Source of the DNA: Eledone cirrhosa
Taxonomy: Eukaryota
NCBI GenBank assembly: GCA_964016885.1
Contig: CAXHJY010000793.1
Span: forward strand, 1 to 64,000
Reading direction: 5' to 3'
Length of the DNA: 64,000 nucleotides
The notes beneath the pieces were generated by a model. The model worked only from the letters and a program-made list of their open reading frames with translations, did no database searches and was not told the origin of the DNA. Both the position numbers and the translations under genes were made by a program. Below are positions 14,401 through 28,600 of the stretch, piece by piece; the first letter of the stretch is position 1; every line of letters begins with the position of its first letter.

Positions 14401-17400
14401 AGACATGTGTGACACTCTACCAATTACTGTCAATCCACTGCCCTAGACATGTGTGACACTCTACCAATTACTGTCAATCCACTGCCCTAGACATGTGTGA
14501 CACTCTACCAATTACTGTCAATCCACTGCCCTAGACATGTGTGACACTCTACCAATTACTGTCAGTCCACTGCCCTAGACATGTGTGACACTCTACCAAT
14601 TACTATCAATCCACTGCCCTAGACATGTGTGACTACCAATTACTGTCAATCCACTGCCCTAGACATGTGTGACACTCTACCAATTACTGTCAGTCCACTG
14701 CCCTAGACATGTGTGACTACCAATTACTGTCAATCCACTGCCCTAGACATGTGTGACACTCTACCAATTACTGTCAATCCACTGCCCTAGACATGTGTGA
14801 CACTCTACCAATTACTGTCAATCCACTGCCCTAGACATGTGTGACACTCTACCAATTACTGTCAATCCACTGCCCTAGACATGTGTGACACTCTACCAAT
14901 TACTGTCAGTCCACTGCCCTAGACATGTGTGACACTCTACCAATTACTGTCAGTCCACTGCCCTAGACATGTGTGACACTCTACCAATTACTGTCAATCC
15001 ACTGCCCTAGACATGTGTGACACTCTACCAATTACTGTCAATCCACTGCCCTAGACATGTGTGACACTCTACCAATTACTGTCAATCCACTGCCCTAGAC
15101 ATGTGTGACACTCTACCAATTACTGTCAATCCACTGCCCTAGACATGTGTGACACTCTACCAATTACTGTCAATCCACTGCCCTAGACATGTGTGACACT
15201 CTACCAATTACTGTCAGTCCACTGCCCTAGACATGTGTGACACTCTACCAATTACTGTCAATCCACCGCCCTAGACATGTGTGACACTCTACCAATTACT
15301 GTCAGTCCACTGCCCTAGACATGTGTGACACTCTACCAATTACTGTCAATCCACCGCCCTAGACATGTGTGACACTCTACCAATTACTGTCAGTCCACTG
15401 CCCTAGACATGTGTGACACTCTACCAATTACTGTCAATCCACTGCCCTAGACATGTGTGACACTCTACCAATTACTGTCAGTCCACTGCCCTAGACATGT
15501 GTGACTACCAATTACTGTCAGTCCACTGCCCTAGACATGTGTGACTACCAATTACTGTCAATCCACCGCCCTAGACGTGTGTGACACTCTACCAATTACT
15601 GTCAATCCACTGCCCTAGACATGTGTGACACTCTACCAATTACTGTCAATCCACTGCCCTAGACATGTGTGACACTCTACCAATTACTGTCAGTCCACTG
15701 CCCTAGACATGTGTGACACTCTACCAATTACTGTCAGTCCACTGCCCTAGACATGTGTGACTACCAATTACTGTCAATCCACCGCCCTAGACATGTGTGA
15801 CACTCTACCAATTACTGTCAGTCCACTGCCCTAGACATGTGTGACACTCTACCAATTACTGTCAATCCACTGCCCTAGACATGTGTGACACTCTACCAAT
15901 TACTGTCAATCCACTGCCCTAGACATGTGTGACTACCAATTACTGTCAATCCACCGCCCTAGACATGTGTGACACTCTACCAATTACTGTCAGTCCACTG
16001 CCCTAGACATGTGTGACACTCTACCAATTACTGTCAATCCACTGCCCTAGACATGTGTGACACTCTACCAATTACTGTCAATCCACTGCCCTAGACATGT
16101 GTGACTACCAATTACTGTCAATCCACCGCCCTAGACATGTGTGACACTCTACCAATTACTGTCAATCCACCGCCCTAGACATGTGTGACACTCTACCAAT
16201 TACTGTCAGTCCACTGCCCTAGACATGTGTGACTACCAATTACTGTCAATCCACCGCCCTAGACATGTGTGACACTCTACCAATTACTGTCAATCCACTG
16301 CCCTAGACATGTGTGACACTCTACCAATTACTGTCAGTCCACTGCCCTAGACATGTGTGACTACCAATTACTGTCAATCCACCGCCCTAGACATGTCTGA
16401 CACTCTACCAATTACTGTCAATCCACTGCCCTAGACATGTGTGACACTCTACCAATTACTCTCAGTCCACTGCCCTAGACATGTGTGACACTCTACCAAT
16501 TACTGTCAGTCCACTGCCCTAGACATGTGTGACTACCAATTACTGTGAATCCACCGCCCTAGACATGTGTGACACTCTACCAATTGCTGTCAGTCCACTG
16601 CCCTAGACATATGTGACACTCTACCAATTACTGTCAGTCCACTGCCCTAGACATGTATGACTACCAATTACTGTCAATCCACCGCCCTAGACATGTGTGA
16701 CACTCTACCAATTACTGTCAATCCACTGCCCTAGACATGTGTGACACTCTACCAATTACTGTCAGTCCACTGCCCTAGACATGTGTGACACTCTACCAAT
16801 TACTGTCAGTCCACTGCCCTAGACATGTGTGACTACCAATTACTGTGAATCCACCGCCCTAGACATGTCTGACACTCTACCAATTACTGTCAACCCACCG
16901 CCCTAGACATGTGTGACACTCTACAAATTACTGTCAATCCACTCCCCTAGACATGTGTGACACTCTACCAATTACTGTCAACCCACCGCCCTAGACATGT
17001 GTGACACTCTACCAATTACTGTCAGTCCACTGCCCTAGACATGTGTGACACTCTACCAATTACTGTCAATCCACTGCCCTAGACATGTGTGACACTCTAC
17101 CAATTACTGTCAGTCCACTGCCCTAGACATGTGTGACACTCTACCAATTACTGTCAATCCACTGCCCTAGACATGTGTGACACTCTACCAATTACTGTCA
17201 ATCCACTGCCCTAGACATGTGTGACACTCTACCAATTACTGTCAGTCCACTGCCCTAGACATGTGTGACACTCTACCAATTACTATCAATCCACTGCCCT
17301 AGACATGTGTGACTACCAATTACTGTCAATCCACTGCCCTAGACATGTGTGACACTCTACCAATTACTGTCAGTCCACTGCCCTAGACATGTGTGACTAC

Positions 17401-18700
17401 CAATTACTGTCAATCCACTGCCCTAGACATGTGTGACACTCTACCAATTACTGTCAATCCACTGCCCTAGACATGTGTGACACTCTACCAATTACTGTCA
17501 ATCCACTGCCCTAGACATGTGTGACACTCTACCAATTACTGTCAATCCACTGCCCTAGACATGTGTGACACTCTACCAATTACTGTCAATCCACTGCCCT
17601 AGACATGTGTGACACTCTACCAATTACTGTCAGTCCACTGCCCTAGACATGTGTGACACTCTACCAATTACTGTCAGTCCACTGCCCTAGACATGTGTGA
17701 CACTCTACCAATTACTGTCAATCCACTGCCCTAGACATGTGTGACACTCTACCAATTACTGTCAATCCACTGCCCTAGACATGTGTGACACTCTACCAAT
17801 TACTGTCAATCCACTGCCCTAGACATGTGTGACACTCTACCAATTACTGTCAATCCACTGCCCTAGACATGTGTGACACTCTACCAATTACTGTCAATCC
17901 ACTGCCCTAGACATGTGTGACACTCTACCAATTACTGTCAATCCACTGCCCTAGACATGTGTGACACTCTACCAATTACTGTCAGTCCACTGCCCTAGAC
18001 ATGTGTGACACTCTACCAATTACTATCAATCCACTGCCCTAGACATGTGTGACTACCAATTACTGTCAATCCATTGCCCTAGACATGTGTGACACTCTAC
18101 CAATTACTGTCAGTCCACTGCCCTAGACATGTGTGACTACCAATTACTGTCAATCCACTGCCCTAGACATGTGTGACACTCTACCAATTACTGTCAATCC
18201 ACTGCCCTAGACATGTGTGACACTCTACCAATTACTGTCAATCCACTGCCCTAGACATGTGTGACACTCTACCAATTACTGTCAGTCCACTGCCCTAGAC
18301 ATGTGTGACACTCTACCAATTACTGTCAGTCCACTGCCCTAGACATGTGTGACACTCTACCAATTACTGTCAATCCACTGCCCTAGACATGTGTGACACT
18401 CTACCAATTACTGTCAATCCACTGCCCTAGACATGTGTGACACTCTACCAATTACTGTCAATCCACTGCCCTAGACATGTGTGACACTCTACCAATTACT
18501 GTCAATCCACTGCCCTAGACATGTGTGACACTCTACCAATTACTGTCAATCCACTGCCCTAGACATGTGTGACACTCTACCAATTACTGTCAGTCCACTG
18601 CCCTAGACATGTGTGACACTCTACCAATTACTGTCAATCCACCGCCCTAGACATGTGTGACACTCTACCAATTACTGTCAGTCCACTGCCCTAGACATGT
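5400..18700. repeat. Related multi-kb duplicated blocks (offsets 2612, ~1730, ~3600 bp)
   Basis: CTACAAATT at 5649/8261/13325/16925, CCCTAAAC at 6321/8933, 38-bp unit (GTGTGTACC) at 9471/11205, AGACGTGTGT at 10371/12101/15573. Confidence 0.8.
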
Positions 18701-18750
18701 GTGACACTCTACCAATTACTGTCAATCCACTGCCCTAGACATGTGTGACT

Positions 18751-19642
18751 ACCAATTACTGTCAATCCACCGCCCTAGACATGTGTGACACTCTACCAAT
18801 TACTGTCAGTCCACTGCCCTAGACATGTGTGACTACCAATTACTGTCAATCCACTGCCCTAGACATGTGTGACACTCTACCAATTACTGTCAATCCACCG
18901 CCCTAGACATGTGTGACTACCAATTACTGTCAATCCACCGCCCTAGACATGTGTGACACTCTACCAATTACTGTCAATCCCCCGCCCTAGACATGTGTGA
19001 CACTCTACCAATTACTGTCAATCCACTGCCCTAGACATGTGTGACACTCTACCAATTACTGTCAATCCACCGCCCTAGACATGTGTGACTACCAATTACT
19101 GTCAATCCACCGCCCTAGACATGTGTGACACTCTACCAATTACTGTCAGTCCACTGCCCTAGACATGTGTGACTACCAATTACTGTCAATCCACTGCCCT
19201 AGACATGTGTGACACTCTACCAATTACTGTCAATCCACCGCCCTAGACATGTGTGACTACCAATTACTGTCAATCCACCGCCCTAGACATGTGTGACACT
19301 CTACCAATTACTGTCAATCCACCGCCCTAGACATGTGTGACACTCTACCAATTACTGTCAATCCACTGCCCTAGACATGTGTGACACTCTACCAATTACT
19401 GTCAATCCACCGCCCTAGACATGTGTGACTACCAATTACTGTCAATCCACCGCCCTAGACATGTGTGACACTCTACCAATTACTGTCAGTCCACTGCCCT
19501 AGACATGTGTGACTACCAATTACTGTCAATCCACTGCCCTAGACATGTGTGACACTCTACCAATTACTGTCAATCCACCGCCCTAGACATGTGTGACTAC
19601 CAATTACTGTCAATCCACCGCCCTAGACATGTGTGACACTCT
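18751..19642. repeat. 340-bp 8-monomer higher-order repeat, about 2.6 copies
   Basis: Length and allele pattern 44,40,44,40,44,44,44,40 restarts at 18751, 19091 and 19431. Confidence 0.8.
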
Positions 19643-19699
19643 ACCAATTACTGTCAGTCCACTGCCCTAGACATGTGTGACTACCAATTACTGTCAATC

Positions 19700-22600
19700 C
19701 ACCGCCCTAGACATGTGTGACACTCTACCAATTACTGTCAGTCCACTGCCCTAGACATGTGTGACACTCTACCAATTACTGTCAATCCACCGCCCTAGAC
19801 ATGTGTGACTACCAATTACTGTCAATCCACCGCCCTAGACATGTGTGACACTCTACCAATTACTGTTAATCCACCGCCCTAGACATGTGTGACACTCTAC
19901 CAATTACTGTCAATCCACCGCCCTAGACATGTGTGACACTCTACCAATTACTGTCAGTCCACTGCCCTAGACATGTGTGACTACCAATTACTGTCAATCC
20001 ACCGCCCTAGACATGTGTGACACTCTACCAATTACTGTCAGTCCACCGCCCTAGACATGTGTGACACTCTACCAATTACTGTCAATCCACTGCCCTAGGC
20101 ATGTGTGACACTCTACCAATTACTGTCAATCCACTGCCCTAGACATGTGTGACACTCTACCAATTACTGTCAGTCCACTGCCCTAGACATGTGTGACTAC
20201 CAATTACTGTCAATCCACCGCCCTAGACATGTGTGACACTCTACCAATTACTGTCAGTCCACCGCCCTAGACATGTGTGACACTCTACCAATTACTGTCA
20301 GTCCACCGCCCTAGACATGTGTGACACTGTACCAATTACTGTCAGTCCACTGCCCTAGACATGTGTGACACTCTACCAATTACTGTCAGTCCAGCGCCCT
20401 AGACATGTGTGACACTCTACCAATTACTGTCAATCCACGGCCCTAGACATGTGTGACACTCTACCAATTACTGTCAGTCCACTGCCCTAGACATGTGTGA
20501 CACTCTACCAATTACTGTCAGTCCACCGCCCTAGACATGTGTGACACTCTACCAATTACTGTCAATCCACCGCCCTAGACATGTGTGACACTCTACCAAT
20601 TACTGTCAGTCCACTGCCCTAGACATGTGTGACACTCTACCAATTACTGTCAGTCCACTGCCCTAGACATGTGTGACACTCTACCAATTACTGTCAGTCC
20701 ACTGCCCTAGACATGTGTGACACTCTACCAATTACTGACAGTCCACTGCCCTAGACATGTGTGACACTCTACCAATTACTGTCAGTCCACTGCCCTAGAC
20801 ATGTGTGACACTCTACCAATTACTGTCAATCCACCGCCCTAGATATGTGTGACACTCTACCAATTACTGTCAGTCCACTGCCCTAGACATGTGTGATACT
20901 CTACCAATTACTGTCAATCCACTGCCCTAGACATGTGTGACACTCTACCAATTACTGTCAGTCCACTGCCCTAGACATGTGTGACACTCTACCAATTACT
21001 GTCAGTCCACTGCCCTAGACATGTGTGACACTCTACCAATTACTGTCAATCCACTGCCCTAGACATGTGTGACACTCTACCAATTACTGTCAGTCCACTG
21101 CCCTAGACATGTGTGACACTCTACCAATTACTGTCAATCCACTGTCCTAGACATGTGTGACACTCTACCAATTACTGTCAATCCCCCGCCCTAGACATGT
21201 GTGACTACCAATTACTGTCAATCCACTGCCCTAGACATGTGTGACACTCTACCAATTACTGTCAATCCACCGCCCTAGACATGTGTGACACTCTACCAAT
21301 TACTGTCAATCCACCGCCCTAGACATGTGTGACTACCAATTACTGTCAATCCACTGCCCTAGACATGTGTGACACTCTACCAATTACTGTCAATCCACTG
21401 CCCTAGACATGTGTGACACTCTACCAATTACTGTCAATCCACTGCCCTAGACATGTGTGACACTCTACCAATTACTGTCAGTCCACTGCCCTAGACATGT
21501 GTGACTACCAATTACTGTCAATCCACTGCCCTAGACATGTGTGACACTCTACCAATTACTGTCAATCCACTGCCCTAGACATGTGTGACACTCTACCAAT
21601 TACTGTCAGTCCACTGCCCTAGACATGTGTGACACTCTACCAATTACTGTCAGTCCACTGCCCTAGACATGTGTGACTACCAATTACTGTCAATCCACCG
21701 CCCTAGACATGTCTGACACTCTACCAATTACTGTCAACCCACCGCCCTAGACATGTGTGACACTCTACAAATTACTGTCAATCCACTGCCCTAGACATGT
21801 GTGACACTCTACCAATTACTGTCAGTCCACTGCCCTAGACATGTGTGACTACCAATTACTGTCAATCCACCGCCCTAGACATGTCTGACACTCTACCAAT
21901 TACTGTCAACCCACCGCCCTAGACATGTGTGACACTCTACAAATTACTGTCAATCCACTGCCCTAGACATGTGTGACACTCTACCAATTACTGTCAACCC
22001 ACCGCCCTAGACATGTGTGACACTCTACCAATTACTATCAATCCACTGCCCTAGACATGTGTGACTACCAATTACTGTCAATCCACTGCCCTAGACATGT
22101 GTGACACTCTACCAATTACTGTCAGTCCACTGCCCTAGACATGTGTGACACTCTACCAATTACTGTCAATCCACCGCCCTAGACATGTGTGACACTCTAC
22201 CAATTACTGTCAGTCCACTGCCCTAGACATGTGTGACACTCTACCAATTACTGTCAGTCCACTGCCCTAGACATGTGTGACTACCAATTACTGTCAATCC
22301 ACTGCCCTAGACATGTGTGACACTCTACCAATTACTGTCAATCCACTGCCCTAGACATGTGTGACACTCTACCAATTACTGTCAATCCACTGCCCTAGAC
22401 ATGTGTGACACTCTACCAATTACTGTCAGTCCACTGCCCTAGACATGTGTGACACTCTACCAATTACTGTCAATCCACTGCCCTAGACATGTCTGACACT
22501 CTACCAATTAGTGTCAATCCACTGCCCTAGATATGTCTGACACTCTACCAATTACTGTCAATCCACTGCCCTAGACATGTCTGACACTCTACCAATTACT

Positions 22601-25600
22601 GTCAGTCCACCGCCCTAGACATGTGTGACACTCTACCGATTACTGTCAACCTACTGCCCTAGACATGTGTGACACTCTACCAATTACTGTCAGTCCACTG
22701 CCCTAGACATGTGTGACACTCTACCAATTACTGTCAGTCCACAGCCCTAGACATGTGTGACACTCTACCAATTACTGTCAGTCCACTGCCATAGACATGT
22801 GTGACACTCTACCAATTACTGTCAATCCACTGCCCTAGACATGTGTGACACTCTACCAATTACTATAAGTCCACTGCCCTAGACATGTGTGACACTCTAC
22901 CGATTACTGTCAACCCACTGCCCTAGACATGTGTGACACTCTACCAATTACTGTCAGTCCACTGCCCTAGACATGTGTGACACTCTACCAATTACTGTCA
23001 GTCCACTGCCCTAGACATGTGTGACACTCTACCAATTACTGTCAATCCACTGCCCTAGACATGTGTGACACTCTACCAATTACTGTCAATCCACTGCCCT
23101 AGACATGTGTGACACTCTACCAATTACTGTCAATCCACTGCCCTAGACATGTGTGACACTCTACCAATTACTGTCAATCCACTGCCCTAGACATGTGTGA
23201 CACTCTACCAATTACTGTCAATCCACTGCCCTAGACATGTGTGACACTCTACCAATTACTGTCAGTCCACTGCCCTAGACATGTGTGACACTCTACCAAT
23301 TACTGTCAGTCCACTGCCCTAGACATGTGTGACACTCTACCAATTAGTGTCAGTCCACTGCCCTAGACATGTGTGACTACCAATTACTGTCAATCCACCG
23401 CCCTAGACATGTGTGACACTCTACCAATTACTGTCAGTCCACTGCCCTAGACATGTGTGACACTCTACCAATTACTGTCAATCCACTGCCCTAGACATGT
23501 GTGACTACCAATTACTATCAATCCACCGCCCTAGACATGTGTGACACTCTACCAATTACTGTCATTCCACCGCCCTAGACATGTGTGACACTCTACCAAT
23601 TACTGTCAGTCCACTGCCCTAGACATGTGTGACTACCAATTACTGTTACTCCACCGCCCTAGACATGTGTGACACTCTACCAATTACTGTCAGTCCACTG
23701 CCCTAGACATGTGTGACTACCAATTACTGTCAATCCACTGCCCTAGACATGTGTGACACTCTACCAATTACTGTCAATCCACTGCCCTAGACATGTGTGA
23801 CACTCTACCAATTACTGTCAGTCCACTGCCCTAGACATGTGTGACACTCTACCAATTACTGTCAGTCCACTGCCCTAGACATGTGTGACACTCTACCAAT
23901 TACTGTCAGTCCACTGCCCTAGACATGTGTGACTACCAATTACTGTCAATCCACCGCCCTAGACATGTGTGACACTCTACCAATTACTGTCAGTCCACTG
24001 CCCTAGACATGTGTGACACTCTACCAATTACTGTCAATCCACTGCCCTAGACATGTGTGACTACCAATTACTGTCAATCCACCGCCCTAGACATGTGTGA
24101 CACTCTACCAATTACTGTCAGTCCACTTCTCTAGACATGTGTGACTACCAATTACTGTCAATCCACCGCCCTAGACATGTGTGACACTCTACCAATTACT
24201 GTCAGTCCACTGCCCTAGACATGTGTGACACTCTACCAATTACTGTCAGTCCACTGCCCTAGACATGTGTGACTACCAATTACTGTCAATCCACCGCCCT
24301 AGACATGTGTGACACTCTACCAATTACTGTCAGTCCACTGCCCTAGACATGTGTGACACTCTACCAATTACTGTCAATCCACCGCCCTAGACATGTGTGA
24401 CTACCAATTACTGTCAATCCACCGCCCTAGACATGTGTGACACTCTACCAATTACTGTCAATCCACCGCCCTAGACATGTGTGACACTCTACCAATTACT
24501 GTCAATCCACCGCCCTAGACATGTGTGACACTCTACCAATTACTGTCAGTCCACTGCCCTAGACATGTGTGACTACCAATTACTGTCAATCCACCGCCCT
24601 AGACATGTGTGACACTCTACCAATTACTGTCAGTCCACCGCCCTAGACATGTGTGACACTCTACCAATTACTGTCAATCCACTGCCCTAGGCATGTGTGA
24701 CACTCTACCAATTACTGTCAATCCACTGCCCTAGACATGTGTGACACTCTACCAATTACTGTCAGTCCACTGCCCTAGACATGTGTGACTACCAATTACT
24801 GTCAATCCACCGCCCTAGACATGTGTGACACTCTACCAATTACTGTCAGTCCACCGCCCTAGACATGTGTGACACTCTACCAATTACTGTCAGTCCACCG
24901 CCCTAGACATGTGTGACACTCTACCAATTACTGTCAGTCCACTGCCCTAGACATGTGTGACACTCTACCAATTACTGTCAGTCCAGCGCCCTAGACATGT
25001 GTGACACTCTACCAATTACTGTCAATCCACGGCCCTAGACATGTGTGACACTCTACCAATTACTGTCAATCCACGGCCCTAGACATGTGTGACACTCTAC
25101 CAATTACTGTCAGTCCACTGCCCTAGACATGTGTGACACTCTACCAATTACTGTCAGTCCACCGCCCTAGACATGTGTGACACTCTACCAATTACTGTCA
25201 ATCCACCGCCCTAGACATGTGTGACACTCTACCAATTACTGTCAGTCCACTGCCCTAGACATGTGTGACACTCTACCAATTACTGTCAGTCCACTGCCCT
25301 AGACATGTGTGACACTCTACCAATTACTGTCAGTCCACTGCCCTAGACATGTGTGACACTCTACCAATTACTGTCAGTCCACTGCCCTAGACATGTGTGA
25401 CACTCTACCAATTACTGTCAGTCCACTGCCCTAGACATGTGTGACACTCTACCAATTACTGTCAATCCACCGCCCTAGATATGTGTGACACTCTACCAAT
25501 TACTGTCAGTCCACTGCCCTAGACATGTGTGATACTCTACCAATTACTGTCAATCCACTGCCCTAGACATGTGTGACACTCTACCAATTACTGTCAGTCC

Positions 25601-28600
25601 ACTGCCCTAGACATGTGTGACACTCTACCAATTACTGTCAGTCCACTGCCCTAGACATGTGTGACACTCTACCAATTACTGTCAATCCACTGCCCTAGAC
25701 ATGTGTGACACTCTACCAATTACTGTCAGTCCACTGCCCTAGACATGTGTGACACTCTACCAATTACTGTCAATCCACTGTCCTAGACATGTGTGACACT
25801 CTACCAATTACTGTCAATCCCCCGCCCTAGACATGTGTGACTACCAATTACTGTCAATCCACTGCCCTAGACATGTGTGACACTCTACCAATTACTGTCA
25901 ATCCACCGCCCTAGACATGTGTGACACTCTACCAATTACTGTCAATCCACCGCCCTAGACATGTGTGACTACCAATTACTGTCAATCCACTGCCCTAGAC
26001 ATGTGTGACACTCTACCAATTACTGTCAATCCACTGCCCTAGACATGTGTGACACTCTACCAATTACTGTCAATCCACTGCCCTAGACATGTGTGACACT
26101 CTACCAATTACTGTCAGTCCACTGCCCTAGACATGTGTGACTACCAATTACTGTCAATCCACTGCCCTAGACATGTGTGACACTCTACCAATTACTGTCA
26201 ATCCACTGCCCTAGACATGTGTGACACTCTACCAATTACTGTCAGTCCACTGCCCTAGACATGTGTGACACTCTACCAATTACTGTCAGTCCACTGCCCT
26301 AGACATGTGTGACTACCAATTACTGTCAATCCACCGCCCTAGACATGTCTGACACTCTACCAATTACTGTCAACCCACCGCCCTAGACATGTGTGACACT
26401 CTACAAATTACTGTCAATCCACTGCCCTAGACATGTGTGACACTCTACCAATTACTGTCAGTCCACTGCCCTAGACATGTGTGACTACCAATTACTGTCA
26501 ATCCACCGCCCTAGACATGTCTGACACTCTACCAATTACTGTCAACCCACCGCCCTAGACATGTGTGACACTCTACAAATTACTGTCAATCCACTGCCCT
26601 AGACATGTGTGACACTCTACCAATTACTGTCAACCCACCGCCCTAGACATGTGTGACACTCTACCAATTACTATCAATCCACTGCCCTAGACATGTGTGA
26701 CTACCAATTACTGTCAATCCACTGCCCTAGACATGTGTGACACTCTACCAATTACTGTCAGTCCACTGCCCTAGACATGTGTGACACTCTACCAATTACT
26801 GTCAATCCACCGCCCTAGACATGTGTGACACTCTACCAATTACTGTCAGTCCACCGCCCTAGACATGTGTGACACTCTACCAATTACTGTCAGTCCACCG
26901 CCCTAGACATGTGTGACACTCTACCAATTACTGTCAGTCCACTGCCCTAGACATGTGTGACACTCTACCAATTACTGTCAGTCCAGCGCCCTAGACATGT
27001 GTGACACTCTACCAATTACTGTCAATCCACGGCCCTAGACATGTGTGACACTCTACCAATTACTGTCAATCCACGGCCCTAGACATGTGTGACACTCTAC
27101 CAATTACTGTCAGTCCACTGCCCTAGACATGTGTGACACTCTACCAATTACTGTCAGTCCACCGCCCTAGACATGTGTGACACTCTACCAATTACTGTCA
27201 ATCCACCGCCCTAGACATGTGTGACACTCTACCAATTACTGTCAGTCCACTGCCCTAGACATGTGTGACACTCTACCAATTACTGTCAGTCCACTGCCCT
27301 AGACATGTGTGACACTCTACCAATTACTGTCAGTCCACTGCCCTAGACATGTGTGACACTCTACCAATTACTGTCAGTCCACTGCCCTAGACATGTGTGA
27401 CACTCTACCAATTACTGTCAGTCCACTGCCCTAGACATGTGTGACACTCTACCAATTACTGTCAATCCACCGCCCTAGATATGTGTGACACTCTACCAAT
27501 TACTGTCAGTCCACTGCCCTAGACATGTGTGATACTCTACCAATTACTGTCAATCCACTGCCCTAGACATGTGTGACACTCTACCAATTACTGTCAGTCC
27601 ACTGCCCTAGACATGTGTGACACTCTACCAATTACTGTCAGTCCACTGCCCTAGACATGTGTGACACTCTACCAATTACTGTCAATCCACTGCCCTAGAC
27701 ATGTGTGACACTCTACCAATTACTGTCAGTCCACTGCCCTAGACATGTGTGACACTCTACCAATTACTGTCAATCCACTGTCCTAGACATGTGTGACACT
27801 CTACCAATTACTGTCAATCCCCCGCCCTAGACATGTGTGACTACCAATTACTGTCAATCCACTACCCTAGACATGTGTGACACTCTACCAATTACTGTCA
27901 ATCCACCGCCCTAGACATGTGTGACACTCTACCAATTACTGTCAATCCACCGCCCTAGACATGTGTGACTACCAATTACTGTCAATCCACTGCCCTAGAC
28001 ATGTGTGACACTCTACCAATTACTGTCAATCCACTGCCCTAGACATGTGTGACACTCTACCAATTACTGTCAATCCACTGCCCTAGACATGTGTGACACT
28101 CTACCAATTACTGTCAGTCCACTGCCCTAGACATGTGTGACTACCAATTACTGTCAATCCACTGCCCTAGACATGTGTGACACTCTACCAATTACTGTCA
28201 ATCCACTGCCCTAGACATGTGTGACACTCTACCAATTACTGTCAGTCCACTGCCCTAGACATGTGTGACACTCTACCAATTACTGTCAGTCCACTGCCCT
28301 AGACATGTGTGACTACCAATTACTGTCAATCCACCGCCCTAGACATGTCTGACACTCTACCAATTACTGTCAACCCACCGCCCTAGACATGTGTGACACT
28401 CTACAAATTACTGTCAATCCACTGCCCTAGACATGTGTGACACTCTACCAATTACTGTCAGTCCACTGCCCTAGACATGTGTGACTACCAATTACTGTCA
28501 ATCCACCGCCCTAGACATGTCTGACACTCTACCAATTACTGTCAACCCACCGCCCTAGACATGTGTGACACTCTACAAATTACTGTCAATCCACTGCCCT

